From Acidobacteriaceae bacterium (lineage in GTDB: Bacteria > Acidobacteriota > Terriglobia > Terriglobales > Acidobacteriaceae): a stretch of 64,000 bases of DNA. Location: assembly GCA_035656855.1 (NCBI GenBank), contig DASRRO010000219.1, forward strand, positions 4,340 through 68,339, read 5' to 3'. Of the stretch, positions 28,490 to 36,928 are shown piece after piece. A program made the position numbers and the translations under genes. Position 1 is the first letter of the stretch. The number at the start of each line of letters is the position of its first letter. The notes below the pieces were generated by a model. It worked only from the letters and a program-made list of their open reading frames with translations, was not told the DNA's origin and made no database searches.

Positions 28490-29839
28490 TCACCGTGGGC
28501 TGAGGCGGCGTTTGGCTTTGAGAAGGACGTCGTCGGCTTCGGGATGGTCGTCCCAGTAGTCGAGACGAATGCGGCCATCGGGAAGCTGGCTTACGGTGGC
28601 GGGTTCGGCGCTGGCGGTAACGTACCATCCTGCGGGAAGAACAACGGCATTGCGGGGACGGCCAAGGCTGCGGTCGAAGACCAATTCATCGCCGTCAAGA
28701 TGGTAGCTGACGGGAGCGGTGTAAGTTTCGAGGATGCGCAGGCGCAGCGACTGGCCGGATTGCACGGCGGGAAAGGGAATAACGACCACGCTGTCTTTGG
28801 GATCGGCGGTCTCGCCGGTTTTGATCCCGGAGGCGGTCAGCTGGGCGCCGGTCATCTCTTCGGTTTTCAGTTGCTCGCCGGTGTCGAGGATGTAGGCCGA
28901 CGGGCGAGTGGCGACGCTGCCTGTGCGGACGACGTTCGCGTAGCCGTCGATGCCGAGGCGCGACTCAGTGTAGTCGTGGTACAGGGCGAAGGCGTGGGTC
29001 TCAGGCTGCTGGAGGAAGTAGACGATATCGCGGTCCTGATGGGCGCGCTGGGAGAGGCGGGCGCGCTCCGGTTCACCCTGGAAGGGCGATTCCCAGCTGA
29101 CCTGGCGGGTGAGGGCTTTGGGCAGCGCGGCCGCGCCGGTTTGCGCATCTTTGACGGCGCGAATCACGAGGGGCGCTTCACCGGCGCCGGCGTGGAGGAA
29201 GCTGACGGCGATGCGGCCGTCGGACTCGGTCAGAATCTGCGAGGGGACGCTGAGGCGGACGATTTCGTAGCCGGGCGGCAGGACGACCTGGTTGCGGCGG
29301 ATGCCGAGAGGGCGGTCGAAGACGATCGCGTCGCCGTCGGTGTGGTAGCTCTTCGCATCCTTATAGGTCTTGACGATGAGGATGCGAGCCTGTCCATGCT
29401 GCGGAACGGGACGGGCGAGAGTGACCTTGATGTAATCCATCGAAGGATCCGCGTCTGCCATGAGCGGGTCTTTGCGGGCGTCGGCGCCGCTGACGACGGC
29501 GAAGGCGAGCGGCTTGCCGGTCATAGCGTCGTCAACACTCTCGTCGCTGGCGACGCTGCCTTTGCGGATGGGGTTGTAGAAGACGGTGGCGCCGGCCGTG
29601 GTGGCGGTGACTTCGTAGTAGATTTTGAAACTCGCGGTTTCAGGTGAGAGGAGTTCGTAGCGGGTGTACTCGTCCGTCTCGGTCTGGGTTCCGGTGGCGT
29701 TCGGCAGGTAGACGGCGTCACGCGTGTCGGGCTGAGCGGCCGGCGCGGTTTGCGCTGGAGACGCGCAGGCGACGGAAAGGGCGAGACAGGCGGCCAACGG
29801 CAGGGCAGATCCAGCTGGATGGAACATGTGCAGGAGCAT
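28490..29839 (-). CDS. Secreted hypothetical protein with internally duplicated ~190-aa domain
   Basis: Signal peptide; the two halves align (e.g. RILIVKTYKDAKSYHTDGDAIVFDRPLGIRRNQVVLPPGY versus RLRILETYTAPVSYHLDGDELVFDRSLGRPRNAVVLPAGW). Confidence 0.6.
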   Translation of the reverse strand: MLLHMFHPAGSALPLAACLALSVACASPAQTAPAAQPDTRDAVYLPNATGTQTETDEYTRYELLSPETASFKIYYEVTATTAGATVFYNPIRKGSVASDESVDDAMTGKPLAFAVVSGADARKDPLMADADPSMDYIKVTLARPVPQHGQARILIVKTYKDAKSYHTDGDAIVFDRPLGIRRNQVVLPPGYEIVRLSVPSQILTESDGRIAVSFLHAGAGEAPLVIRAVKDAQTGAAALPKALTRQVSWESPFQGEPERARLSQRAHQDRDIVYFLQQPETHAFALYHDYTESRLGIDGYANVVRTGSVATRPSAYILDTGEQLKTEEMTGAQLTASGIKTGETADPKDSVVVIPFPAVQSGQSLRLRILETYTAPVSYHLDGDELVFDRSLGRPRNAVVLPAGWYVTASAEPATVSQLPDGRIRLDYWDDHPEADDVLLKAKRRLSPR

Positions 29840-29889
29840 ACGGGAAAGCCGCCCGAGCCGCCACCTGAGGTGGCTGATCCCAGACCGCT

Positions 29890-30327
29890 TCAGGCGGTTG
29901 CGGCGGTCGGAAACTTTTCGCAGTGGGCCTTGAGGCTGCGCGCTTCGGTCTTCACGTATTCCGCGATGCGTTTGGCGTACATGCTGCCGAGAATCGCGCC
30001 GAGAAGCCCTTCTGTGGAGAAGGAGAGCTCGACTTCCGTAGTGGCGCTGTCGCCGATGAGGCGATGGTCGGCGATCATGGTGGCGCCAGGGGCTTTCTGG
30101 ATCCAGGTGAAGGCCTTATGCGGTGCCAGCTCAACCACCTCGTAAACAGCGGGACGCAGTTTGGGCTGGGTGATGCGGTAGCGGGCGCCGAGACGGAGTC
30201 CGTCGGGAGTAAGGGGCTGGACGTGCTGGACGGTCGGGGTCCAGGTGGGCCAGCGCTCGACGTCGGCAAGGACGCGCCAGATGTCAGCGGGAGTGGCCTG
30301 GATGATGACGCGCTCGACGGTCTGCAT
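29890..30327 (-). CDS. SRPBCC-family protein
   Basis: MQTVERVIIQATPADIWRVLADVERWPTWTP... is a typical polyketide-cyclase/SRPBCC N-terminus; AAGGAGG RBS. Confidence 0.75.
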   Translation of the reverse strand: MQTVERVIIQATPADIWRVLADVERWPTWTPTVQHVQPLTPDGLRLGARYRITQPKLRPAVYEVVELAPHKAFTWIQKAPGATMIADHRLIGDSATTEVELSFSTEGLLGAILGSMYAKRIAEYVKTEARSLKAHCEKFPTAATA

Positions 30328-30402
30328 GGAAAACTCCTCCTTCGCAGCACATACGCATAGAGGGCGGCAGCGGTTCCCTGAACTGGCCAGTCAGGCCGGG
30401 AA

Positions 30403-30511
30403 GGGGTACCCCCCCTGGGTCGAGGCATGCCGATTGCGTTGATTCTGCGGGACCTGCAGGGTAATACCCTGAGGGTATTACCTTCCGCGAGCCACTCTTG
30501 TCATTTCAAAG
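30403..30511 (-). repeat. Four-block intergenic module (R3) upstream of the SRPBCC gene
   Basis: Read on the minus strand: CTTTGAAAT (30511-03), AAGGTAATACCC-tca-GGGTATTACCCT (30484-58), CGCAGAATC (30449-41), GGGGGGGTACCCC (30415-03). Confidence 0.65.
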
Positions 30512-30555
30512 ATCGAAGCCGATTGCCGGCCTGGGCCGGGGCTTTGCGTCGCAAT

Positions 30556-30582
30556 GAAAAAGCCTCGCGGCTGGCGAGGCTT
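30556..30582 (-). terminator. Rho-independent terminator of the peroxiredoxin-like gene
   Basis: Minus strand reads AAGCCTCGC-cagc-CGCGAGGCTT followed by TTTT. Confidence 0.75.
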
Positions 30583-30697
30583 GTTGGGACATAAATCTCC
30601 CAGTTGTCAGGATAGAAGTGGGGCGCGGCGAGGGCAAGAGGAATCGGCTGGCGAGACGGTACGAAGGTAAGGGAACTTGATTCGGACAGTGTGACGT

Positions 30698-31354
30698 TCA
30701 GGGGCGGGCAAACGCAGGGATGGCGCGGAGGACGTCATCGGGTTCGGGGCGGACGCGGAAGTCAGCATGGCCTTCGGCGAAGAGGATTTTGCCGTCCTGA
30801 TCGATGACGTAGGTGGCGGGAATGGGGAGCTTCCAGCTCTCGTCGCCATTGATGAAGGGAATGTTGAGGAGGATGCCGCGATAGTAACGCTGGAGGTAGT
30901 CAGGGAGTGTCCAGACAAGGCCGTAACGGCTGGCGACGGCGCAGCCAGGGTCGGAGAGGATGGGGAAGGGAATCTGGTGCTGGCCGGCAGTGAAGTCCGA
31001 CTGGCGCTGGGTCTGCGGGGAGACGCCGATGACCATGGCGCCGCGCTCGCGGAGGCTGGGGTACAGGTCGCGCCAGGCTTCCAGCTCGGTGACGCAGTAG
31101 GGACACCAGCGGCCGCGGAAGAAGTTGATGACGAGGGGTCCGAGGGCGAGCAGGTCGGCGGAGCGGACGACTTTGCCGGAGAAGTCGGGCAGAGAGAAGC
31201 CCGGGGCCTGGGAGCCGATGGGGAGGAGGTGATTCTCAATGCCGGAGGCAAAGAGCTCCTCGAGGGCGCGCTCGCCGACGGCAAGGCGCTCGGGCTGTAC
31301 CAGGTTGCGGGTCTGGGCAGTGATCTCGTCGAGCTGATCCTGGAGGTGTGCCAT
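30698..31354 (-). CDS. Peroxiredoxin-like (AhpC/TSA, thioredoxin-fold) protein
   Basis: INFFRGRWCPYCVTELEAW redox motif; APGFSLPDFSGKVV substrate-loop pattern. Confidence 0.8.
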   Translation of the reverse strand: MAHLQDQLDEITAQTRNLVQPERLAVGERALEELFASGIENHLLPIGSQAPGFSLPDFSGKVVRSADLLALGPLVINFFRGRWCPYCVTELEAWRDLYPSLRERGAMVIGVSPQTQRQSDFTAGQHQIPFPILSDPGCAVASRYGLVWTLPDYLQRYYRGILLNIPFINGDESWKLPIPATYVIDQDGKILFAEGHADFRVRPEPDDVLRAIPAFARP

Positions 31355-31428
31355 GGCTTCTTTAGTTTAGATGGAGATGTGCGAATACAAGATGGAGATT
31401 TGCGGGATGGAATTACGATGGTGAGCGG

Positions 31429-32298
31429 ATGAGGGGTACGAGTATGCGGGGAATGGGATTGGGGCGGATCGTGGCAGGGCTGGCGATGGTGCTCGGCGCG
31501 GCCGGGGGATGGGGGCAAGGTTCAGTGCCGGTGACGGTGGTGGTGACGGATCCCGGCGGCGCGGCAGTGCAGGGGGCGCGGGTGGAGATTACGCCGGATT
31601 CCGGCGCGGCGGTCAGCATTCTGAGCAGCGACGCAGGGGGGCGACTGCAGACAACGCTCGATCCGGGCGGGTACGATCTGGAGATTTCGGCGCCAGGTTT
31701 TTTGAAGCAGGACAAGCCGGTTACGGTGTCCAGGTCGATGAAGATTGCCGTTGTGCTGGCGGTGGGCGGGACGGCGGATCCGGAGATCACGATTGAGAAT
31801 CCGTCGCGGGCGCTGGTGACGGATGTGCCACCGGACGCGGGGCAGATCGGGACGGAAGCGCCTGCTGCGAAGGCCGACGTCCTGGTGATTGAGGCGGGGC
31901 CGGGGGAGCGCGGGGTGTTTACGGTGGCTTCGCTCGCGGAATATCCGCAGACGAAGGTCACGGTGTTCGATCATCACACGAACAAAGACGTGACGTATGC
32001 AGGCGTGCCGCTGATGGAGCTGCTGGCGCATCTGGGCGTGGTGCACGGAAAGGATCTGAAGGGCAAAGCGCTGGCGGACTATGTGGTGGCGACCGGGGCA
32101 GACGGATACGTGAGCGTGGTGGCGCTGGGCGAGGTGGATCCGGAGTTTCATCCAGGCGTAGTGCTGGTGGCGGATGAACTGGACGGGAAGCCACTGGATG
32201 CTAAGACGGGGCCGTTCCGGTTGGTGGTGAGCGAGGACAAGCGGCCGGCTCGGAGCGTGCGAAATCTGGTGAAGATTGAGGTGAGGACGGCGGAGTGA
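31429..32298 (+). CDS. Secreted protein: carboxypeptidase-regulatory-like domain plus molybdopterin-oxidoreductase-like domain
   Basis: VTVVVTDPGGAAVQGARVEI...GGYDLEISAPGF (CarboxypepD_reg-like); C-terminal GVPLMELLAHLGV...VLVADELDGKPLDAKTGPFRLVV resembles the Oxidored_molyb fold. Confidence 0.55.
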   Translation: MRGTSMRGMGLGRIVAGLAMVLGAAGGWGQGSVPVTVVVTDPGGAAVQGARVEITPDSGAAVSILSSDAGGRLQTTLDPGGYDLEISAPGFLKQDKPVTVSRSMKIAVVLAVGGTADPEITIENPSRALVTDVPPDAGQIGTEAPAAKADVLVIEAGPGERGVFTVASLAEYPQTKVTVFDHHTNKDVTYAGVPLMELLAHLGVVHGKDLKGKALADYVVATGADGYVSVVALGEVDPEFHPGVVLVADELDGKPLDAKTGPFRLVVSEDKRPARSVRNLVKIEVRTAE

Positions 32299-32300
32299 CT

Positions 32301-32328
32301 CAGCGGACAGCGGACAGCGTACAGGCGC
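32301..32328 (+). repeat. Heptad array (CAGCGGA-like), 4 units
   Basis: cagcgga cagcgga cagcgta caggcgc; fills the 35-nt gap between two convergent stop codons. Confidence 0.75.
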
Positions 32329-32333
32329 GGCGC

Positions 32334-32768
32334 TCAGGGGCTCAGGATGCGGTCGCCGAGGTCGGGAGCGATGCGGCGGAAATGAGCGACGTTCAGAGTG
32401 TAGACGCGTGCGCATTTGGTTTTTCGTGCCGCCTGCATGTGAAGGGCGTCAAAGATCATGCCGCCCGTCCAGCCCTCAGCGGCGCAATGGCGCAGAACGT
32501 CGGAGTAATCTGTGCGACTCAGGGAAATGATCTCAAAGGAGCCGAGCACGTTCTGCTGCAGGCTGCGCCAGGCATCCGCTGAGGTGATGCGCGGCTGAAA
32601 GGGAGTGCGCGTCAAGACGGAATAGGCCTCGGCGAGGCCATGGGCGGCGATCACCGGGGTCCAGCGGCTGACTCTGATTTTGCGAAACAGCTCCAGAACG
32701 TTCGCCTTATGCGGGTGGATGAGCGCCGTGTCCGCAATCACGATACTTGTATCGAGGTAGACGTTCAC
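32334..32768 (-). CDS. vapC: PIN-domain toxin (VapC)
   Basis: VYLDTSIVIA, GLAEAYSVL, MIFDALHMQ acidic residues; 4-nt overlap with the upstream antitoxin. Confidence 0.85.
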   Translation of the reverse strand: MNVYLDTSIVIADTALIHPHKANVLELFRKIRVSRWTPVIAAHGLAEAYSVLTRTPFQPRITSADAWRSLQQNVLGSFEIISLSRTDYSDVLRHCAAEGWTGGMIFDALHMQAARKTKCARVYTLNVAHFRRIAPDLGDRILSP

Positions 32769-33028
32769 CAGCCGCCAATTTTCCGAATCCGCTCCTCGCG
32801 CATATCGTCCACAAGAGTGTTCCAGTGAATACCCGCGGGAGCGCCACCGGCGTAAACCAGGTGACCATTTTCGTCATGTCTCCAGACCGATTCCGGGGAA
32901 GGCGATTTGAGCAGAATCCCTTCGGGGCTCTCAACGATTTCAAGTGCCGTGTCAGGGCGCAGGCCCAGGCGATCGCGGATCGGCTTGGGAACGACGATGC
33001 GCCCGGCTTTGTCGATGGAGACTTGCAT
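32765..33028 (-). CDS. vapB: AbrB/SpoVT-family antitoxin (VapB)
   Basis: MQVSIDKAGRIVVPKPIRDRLGL... swapped-hairpin motif; start taken at ATG 33028. Confidence 0.8.
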   Translation of the reverse strand: MQVSIDKAGRIVVPKPIRDRLGLRPDTALEIVESPEGILLKSPSPESVWRHDENGHLVYAGGAPAGIHWNTLVDDMREERIRKIGGW

Positions 33029-33050
33029 GTGCCTATTATGCCATTCGTCG

Positions 33051-33064
33051 ATGGTAATTACCAT
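33051..33064. promoter_or_regulatory. 14-bp perfect palindrome ATGGTAATTACCAT flanked by CCATTCG repeats (putative vapBC operator)
   Basis: Lies 23-36 nt upstream of the vapB start; CCATTCGtcgATGG and CCATTCGacaATGG dyads on each side. Confidence 0.5.
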
Positions 33065-33096
33065 TCGACAATGGCATTCGGAAAAAGCGGATCTGC

Positions 33097-33582
33097 CTAT
33101 TCAAAATTGTTCAGGTCGGTGTCCGGGGCAGGATGGCCGAGAAGCCGGCACATGGCGACGATCTGGCCCTTGTGATGAAACGCGTGCGTCAGCATATGGT
33201 GCAGGATGAGCGCCGGGGTGCGGACGGTCGTGTCGCCCTCGGGAAAATGCAGGGCGGTATTGGCGGTGAGCTGTTCGTCGGTCAGCAGTGCCAGGTAGTC
33301 GCGGGTTTGCGCTGTGACCTTGTCTCTCAGGGCGCGGGCATCGGAGACGGCGGGCCGGCGGGCGGGGTCCTCATCGGTGAAGGGAAGCGCCTGGAGCGTG
33401 TGGACCCAGAAGGCCTCGCAGTTCAGGATGTGAATGACCTGGGCGCGCAGGGTGGGGAAGCCGAGGCCGGGAAGTTCTTTTGTGTAGTCGGCGGGGGGCA
33501 GCGTGGCGAGGTGGTCGAGGACAACGGTCAGGCACTGGTGGGTCCAGGCGTGAAATTTGCGAATGCCGTCGAGGGTGAACAT
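33097..33582 (-). CDS. DinB-family (four-helix-bundle) protein
   Basis: Start at ATG 33582; HILNCEAFW...LILHHMLTHAFHHKGQI histidine pattern typical of DinB/YfiT-like proteins. Confidence 0.8.
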   Translation of the reverse strand: MFTLDGIRKFHAWTHQCLTVVLDHLATLPPADYTKELPGLGFPTLRAQVIHILNCEAFWVHTLQALPFTDEDPARRPAVSDARALRDKVTAQTRDYLALLTDEQLTANTALHFPEGDTTVRTPALILHHMLTHAFHHKGQIVAMCRLLGHPAPDTDLNNFE

Positions 33583-33619
33583 GGGTGGGCTCCTGTGATC
33601 CATTCTTGCGGTGGTTTCC

Positions 33620-33701
33620 GGGGCTGAAGCCCCTTTTCTCGTGTGGCCTGATTCCACGGCCTGAAGGCCGTGGCTTTCTCCGTCGTGCCGCTTCGCGGCA
33701 C
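33620..33701 (+). other. Three consecutive GC-rich stem-loops between the ubiD-like and dinB-like genes
   Basis: GGGGC-tgaa-GCCCC+TTTTCT (33620-33639), CCACGGCC-tgaa-GGCCGTGG+CTTTCT (33654-33680), GTGCCG-cttc-GCGGCAC (33685-33701). Confidence 0.5.
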
Positions 33702-33754
33702 CAGAGTCCAAACGTTCAACCCTGGCGCGCCCACCAGAATGGGGCACCCGGATC

Positions 33755-35335
33755 CTACTCCAGCCCTAATTTCTTCCAGAGAGTGTCGATCCTGGATTGT
33801 GTCGCAGCGTCCATCACAATTTCCTTTGGCCAGGGGCGGGTGAAGCCTTCGGCAGACCACTTGCGGGTGGCATCGATGCCCATCTTGCTGCCGTAGTTGG
33901 GCATCCGAGAGGCGTGGTCGAGGGAATCGATGGGGCCGAGGGTGAACTGGATGTCGCGCTCCGGGTCGATGTTGTTGGCCGCGCGAAGAGTGACCTCGGC
34001 GAGGTCCTGCACGTCGCAGTCTTCGTCGACGACGATGATGCATTTGGTGAACATGGCCTGACCCATGGCCCAGATGCCGTTCATGACCTTGCGGGCCTGG
34101 CCTGCGTAGCTCTTGCGGATCGACACGATCATGAGGTTGTGGAACACGGCTTCGATGGGGAGGTTGATGTCCACGACTTCGGGGAGCGTGAGGCGGAAGA
34201 GCGGGAGAAAGATGCGCTCGACGGCCTTGCCCATCCACGCGTCTTCCTGGGGGGGCTTGCCGACGATGGTGGCGGAGTAAATCGGGTCCTTGCGGTGGGT
34301 GATGCAGGTGATGTGGAAGACGGGATAGTCCTCGGCGGGGGTATAGAAACCGGTGTGGTCGCCAAAGGGGCCTTCGGGGCGCAGCTCATCGAGGCGGACG
34401 TAGCCTTCGAGGATGATTTCAGCGTGGGCCGGGACTTCGAGGTCGACGGTCTCGCACTTGACCAGCTCGACGGGCTCCTGACGGAGGAAGCCGGCGATGA
34501 GAAACTCTTCCACTTCCGGCGGCGCCGGGACGATGGCCGCGAAAGTCGTCGCCGGATCGGTGCCGATGGCGACGGCGACTTCTAATTTGTCACCGACGAT
34601 GTTACCCATGACGATGTTGGCGGTGCCGCCGGCGGTTTCGGCCATGGCGGCGACCCGTGAGGAGGCATCGCCTGCTGCGGCGCGGAGCCGGTCCCGAAGA
34701 TGCTCGGCGGCGTTTTTCTGGCGCTGCCAGTGCATGCCGGTGGTTTGGCCGTCGTAGACCTGCATGCGGTACATGCCCATATTGCGCTTGCCGGTTTTGG
34801 GGTCGCGGGTGACGACGCAGGGGAGGGTGATGAAGCGTCCGCCGTCGAGGGGCCAGCACTGCAGGATGGGAAAGTCGAGAACGGAGAAGTTGTCGCGGAG
34901 GATGACGTCTTTGCAGGGGGCATCTTTGGCGGAGAGGGTCTTCGGGAAGACGTTGCCGATCGCCGCCAGCTGTGGGAGCATCTTCAGTTTTTCAAGGAGA
35001 CCTTCGGGGGATTTGATTTCGAGCAGCGCGCGAATGCGGCCGGCGATTTCGTCCAGAGAGCCTTTGTCGGGGTCGAGGCCGAGAGCGAGCTTCATGCGAC
35101 GCTCGGAGCCGAACTGGTTGATGAGGACGCGGGCGCCGGGGTATCCGGCGATGTTTTCAAAGAGGAGCGCGGGGCCGCCGGGGGTGTGTTTCGAGGCGCG
35201 CGCGAAGCCGGATTTTGAGACGCGGTCGGTGATCTCGGCGATTTCAAGGAGGGGCGAGACTTCTTCGCGGATACGGCGAAGCTCGCCGGCTTTGTCGAGG
35301 ACTTTGATCCAGTCTCTGAGATCGTCGCAGGGCAT
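33755..35335 (-). CDS. UbiD-family (prenylated-FMN dependent) decarboxylase
   Basis: 526 aa; LRDWIKVLDKAGELRRIREEVSPLLEIAEITDR N-terminus and GMYRMQV...GPFGDHTGFY core motifs. Confidence 0.9.
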   Translation of the reverse strand: MPCDDLRDWIKVLDKAGELRRIREEVSPLLEIAEITDRVSKSGFARASKHTPGGPALLFENIAGYPGARVLINQFGSERRMKLALGLDPDKGSLDEIAGRIRALLEIKSPEGLLEKLKMLPQLAAIGNVFPKTLSAKDAPCKDVILRDNFSVLDFPILQCWPLDGGRFITLPCVVTRDPKTGKRNMGMYRMQVYDGQTTGMHWQRQKNAAEHLRDRLRAAAGDASSRVAAMAETAGGTANIVMGNIVGDKLEVAVAIGTDPATTFAAIVPAPPEVEEFLIAGFLRQEPVELVKCETVDLEVPAHAEIILEGYVRLDELRPEGPFGDHTGFYTPAEDYPVFHITCITHRKDPIYSATIVGKPPQEDAWMGKAVERIFLPLFRLTLPEVVDINLPIEAVFHNLMIVSIRKSYAGQARKVMNGIWAMGQAMFTKCIIVVDEDCDVQDLAEVTLRAANNIDPERDIQFTLGPIDSLDHASRMPNYGSKMGIDATRKWSAEGFTRPWPKEIVMDAATQSRIDTLWKKLGLE

Positions 35336-35380
35336 GGCTCCACTATAGAAGGTCTATGTGGGAAGCCGGGGGTGATGCGG

Positions 35381-36808
35381 TCAGGCGGGGAGGAGGGCTT
35401 TGACGACGTCGGCGGCGGTGTAGGTGACGCTGGCTTCGGGGAGGAAGCGGGCGATTTCGGTGAGGTCATCGCCGGCGGTGACGAGGGGCGGCTCGACGTG
35501 GTGGCCGGCGCGGATCTGCTGGTGGCCGATGTTGGCCATGAGGGCATTGCAGAGGCATTTGCGGCCGGCGGCGTCCTCGGCGGTGCCACCTTTGGAGAGG
35601 TAGAGGGAAAGAGGCTCGGCGGGGCAGCGATGGACGAAGGAGCCGTCTCCGGCGCGAACGATCTCGGAGAGGAAGCCGAGGTCGCAGATGCGGGGACGGG
35701 CGGCGCAGACGGATTCGTCGGAGGCGGTGCCTTCGAGCTGCGCGACTTTAAAGGGGAATCCGGCGGGTGAGGCGAGGGGATCGGTGAAGACGGAGGCTTC
35801 GTGGCGGCGCGCTTTGTCGAGGAGAGCCCGCTTGAGGTCGTCGCGGAGGTCGGACTCCTGGGTGAAGGCGAAGGCGGTGCCGACCTGGACGCCGGTGGCT
35901 CCGAGGGCGAGGGCTTCCCGAAGCTTCGACGGCGAACCGTAGCCGCCTGCGAGCCAGAAGGGAGCGCCGAGGTCGCGGAGCTTGGCGATGTCGATGGCGT
36001 CCCGGTCGCCGTAGATGGGCTCGCCGCGCGCGTCGAGCTGGAGCTTACCGCGGGGCGGAGCGTTGTGGCCGCCAGCCGTGCGGGTTTCGATGATGAGGCC
36101 ATCGACGCGTCCGTTGGCGCGGCGGAGCATGGTGGTGGCGAGGGTGTTGGAGGAGACGATGGCGAGGAAGGCGGGGCGGGGGAGGGATGTCTGGTTGAGT
36201 GCCGGGCTGCCGTAGTCGCGGGGATCGAAGCGCAGGGTGGTGTCGTCGCCTTCGCGCGCGCCGGTGACATGAAGAGGATAGTCGGCGGGCTCGAGGCGGG
36301 CGAGGCGATCGAGGACGCCGGGGACGCTGAGGGGGATGCCCGCGCCCATGAGCACGTAGCCGACGCCGGCGAGCATGGCTCCATAGAGGGAGGGCAGGAG
36401 GGGGATCTGGATCTTCTCCAGGTAGTTGATGCCGACGGGCTTGGCGTGGCCTTCGCGGGCGAGGAAGACTTCGACGAAGTTGGCGGCGATGCAGAGCTCG
36501 GTCAGCTCGCGAGGCTCGTCATTGGCGTGGGCAGGCGTGGTGAGGTAGGCGGCCGACGCCGATTTGCCGCCGGGGATGAAGTAGTCGCGGAGGATGCGGT
36601 CAGCGATTGGCGGGAAGGGAAAGGCGGCGAGGCCGCGGCGCATGTCGCCGCCGGGATCGCCATCCTGGAGACGGCGAATGAGGATCTGATCGAGGGCGGT
36701 GCCGGAGACGACGCCGAGCTGACCGAGGCGAGAGACGGCCTGCGCGAGGCGCCAGCTGGAGACGCCCGCGCCCATGCCTCCCTGAATGATGAGCGGAAGT
36801 GGATGCAT
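35381..36808 (-). CDS. Nitronate monooxygenase / 2-nitropropane dioxygenase family FMN oxidoreductase
   Basis: PLIIQGGMGAGVSSWRLAQAVSRLGQLGVVSG N-terminus; TIM-barrel pattern with WLAGGYG...GVQVGTAF. Confidence 0.8.
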   Translation of the reverse strand: MHPLPLIIQGGMGAGVSSWRLAQAVSRLGQLGVVSGTALDQILIRRLQDGDPGGDMRRGLAAFPFPPIADRILRDYFIPGGKSASAAYLTTPAHANDEPRELTELCIAANFVEVFLAREGHAKPVGINYLEKIQIPLLPSLYGAMLAGVGYVLMGAGIPLSVPGVLDRLARLEPADYPLHVTGAREGDDTTLRFDPRDYGSPALNQTSLPRPAFLAIVSSNTLATTMLRRANGRVDGLIIETRTAGGHNAPPRGKLQLDARGEPIYGDRDAIDIAKLRDLGAPFWLAGGYGSPSKLREALALGATGVQVGTAFAFTQESDLRDDLKRALLDKARRHEASVFTDPLASPAGFPFKVAQLEGTASDESVCAARPRICDLGFLSEIVRAGDGSFVHRCPAEPLSLYLSKGGTAEDAAGRKCLCNALMANIGHQQIRAGHHVEPPLVTAGDDLTEIARFLPEASVTYTAADVVKALLPA

Positions 36809-36928
36809 GCCTGTGGTGATGATTGCACCGCTGGCAGGAACGTCTGTGTCGCAGAAGTGTAATTTCGAGGATTTCTCGAGAAAGGGGAAACGTTAGTACC
36901 GTGCGCGTTTTGACGCAGGTGGAGCGGG

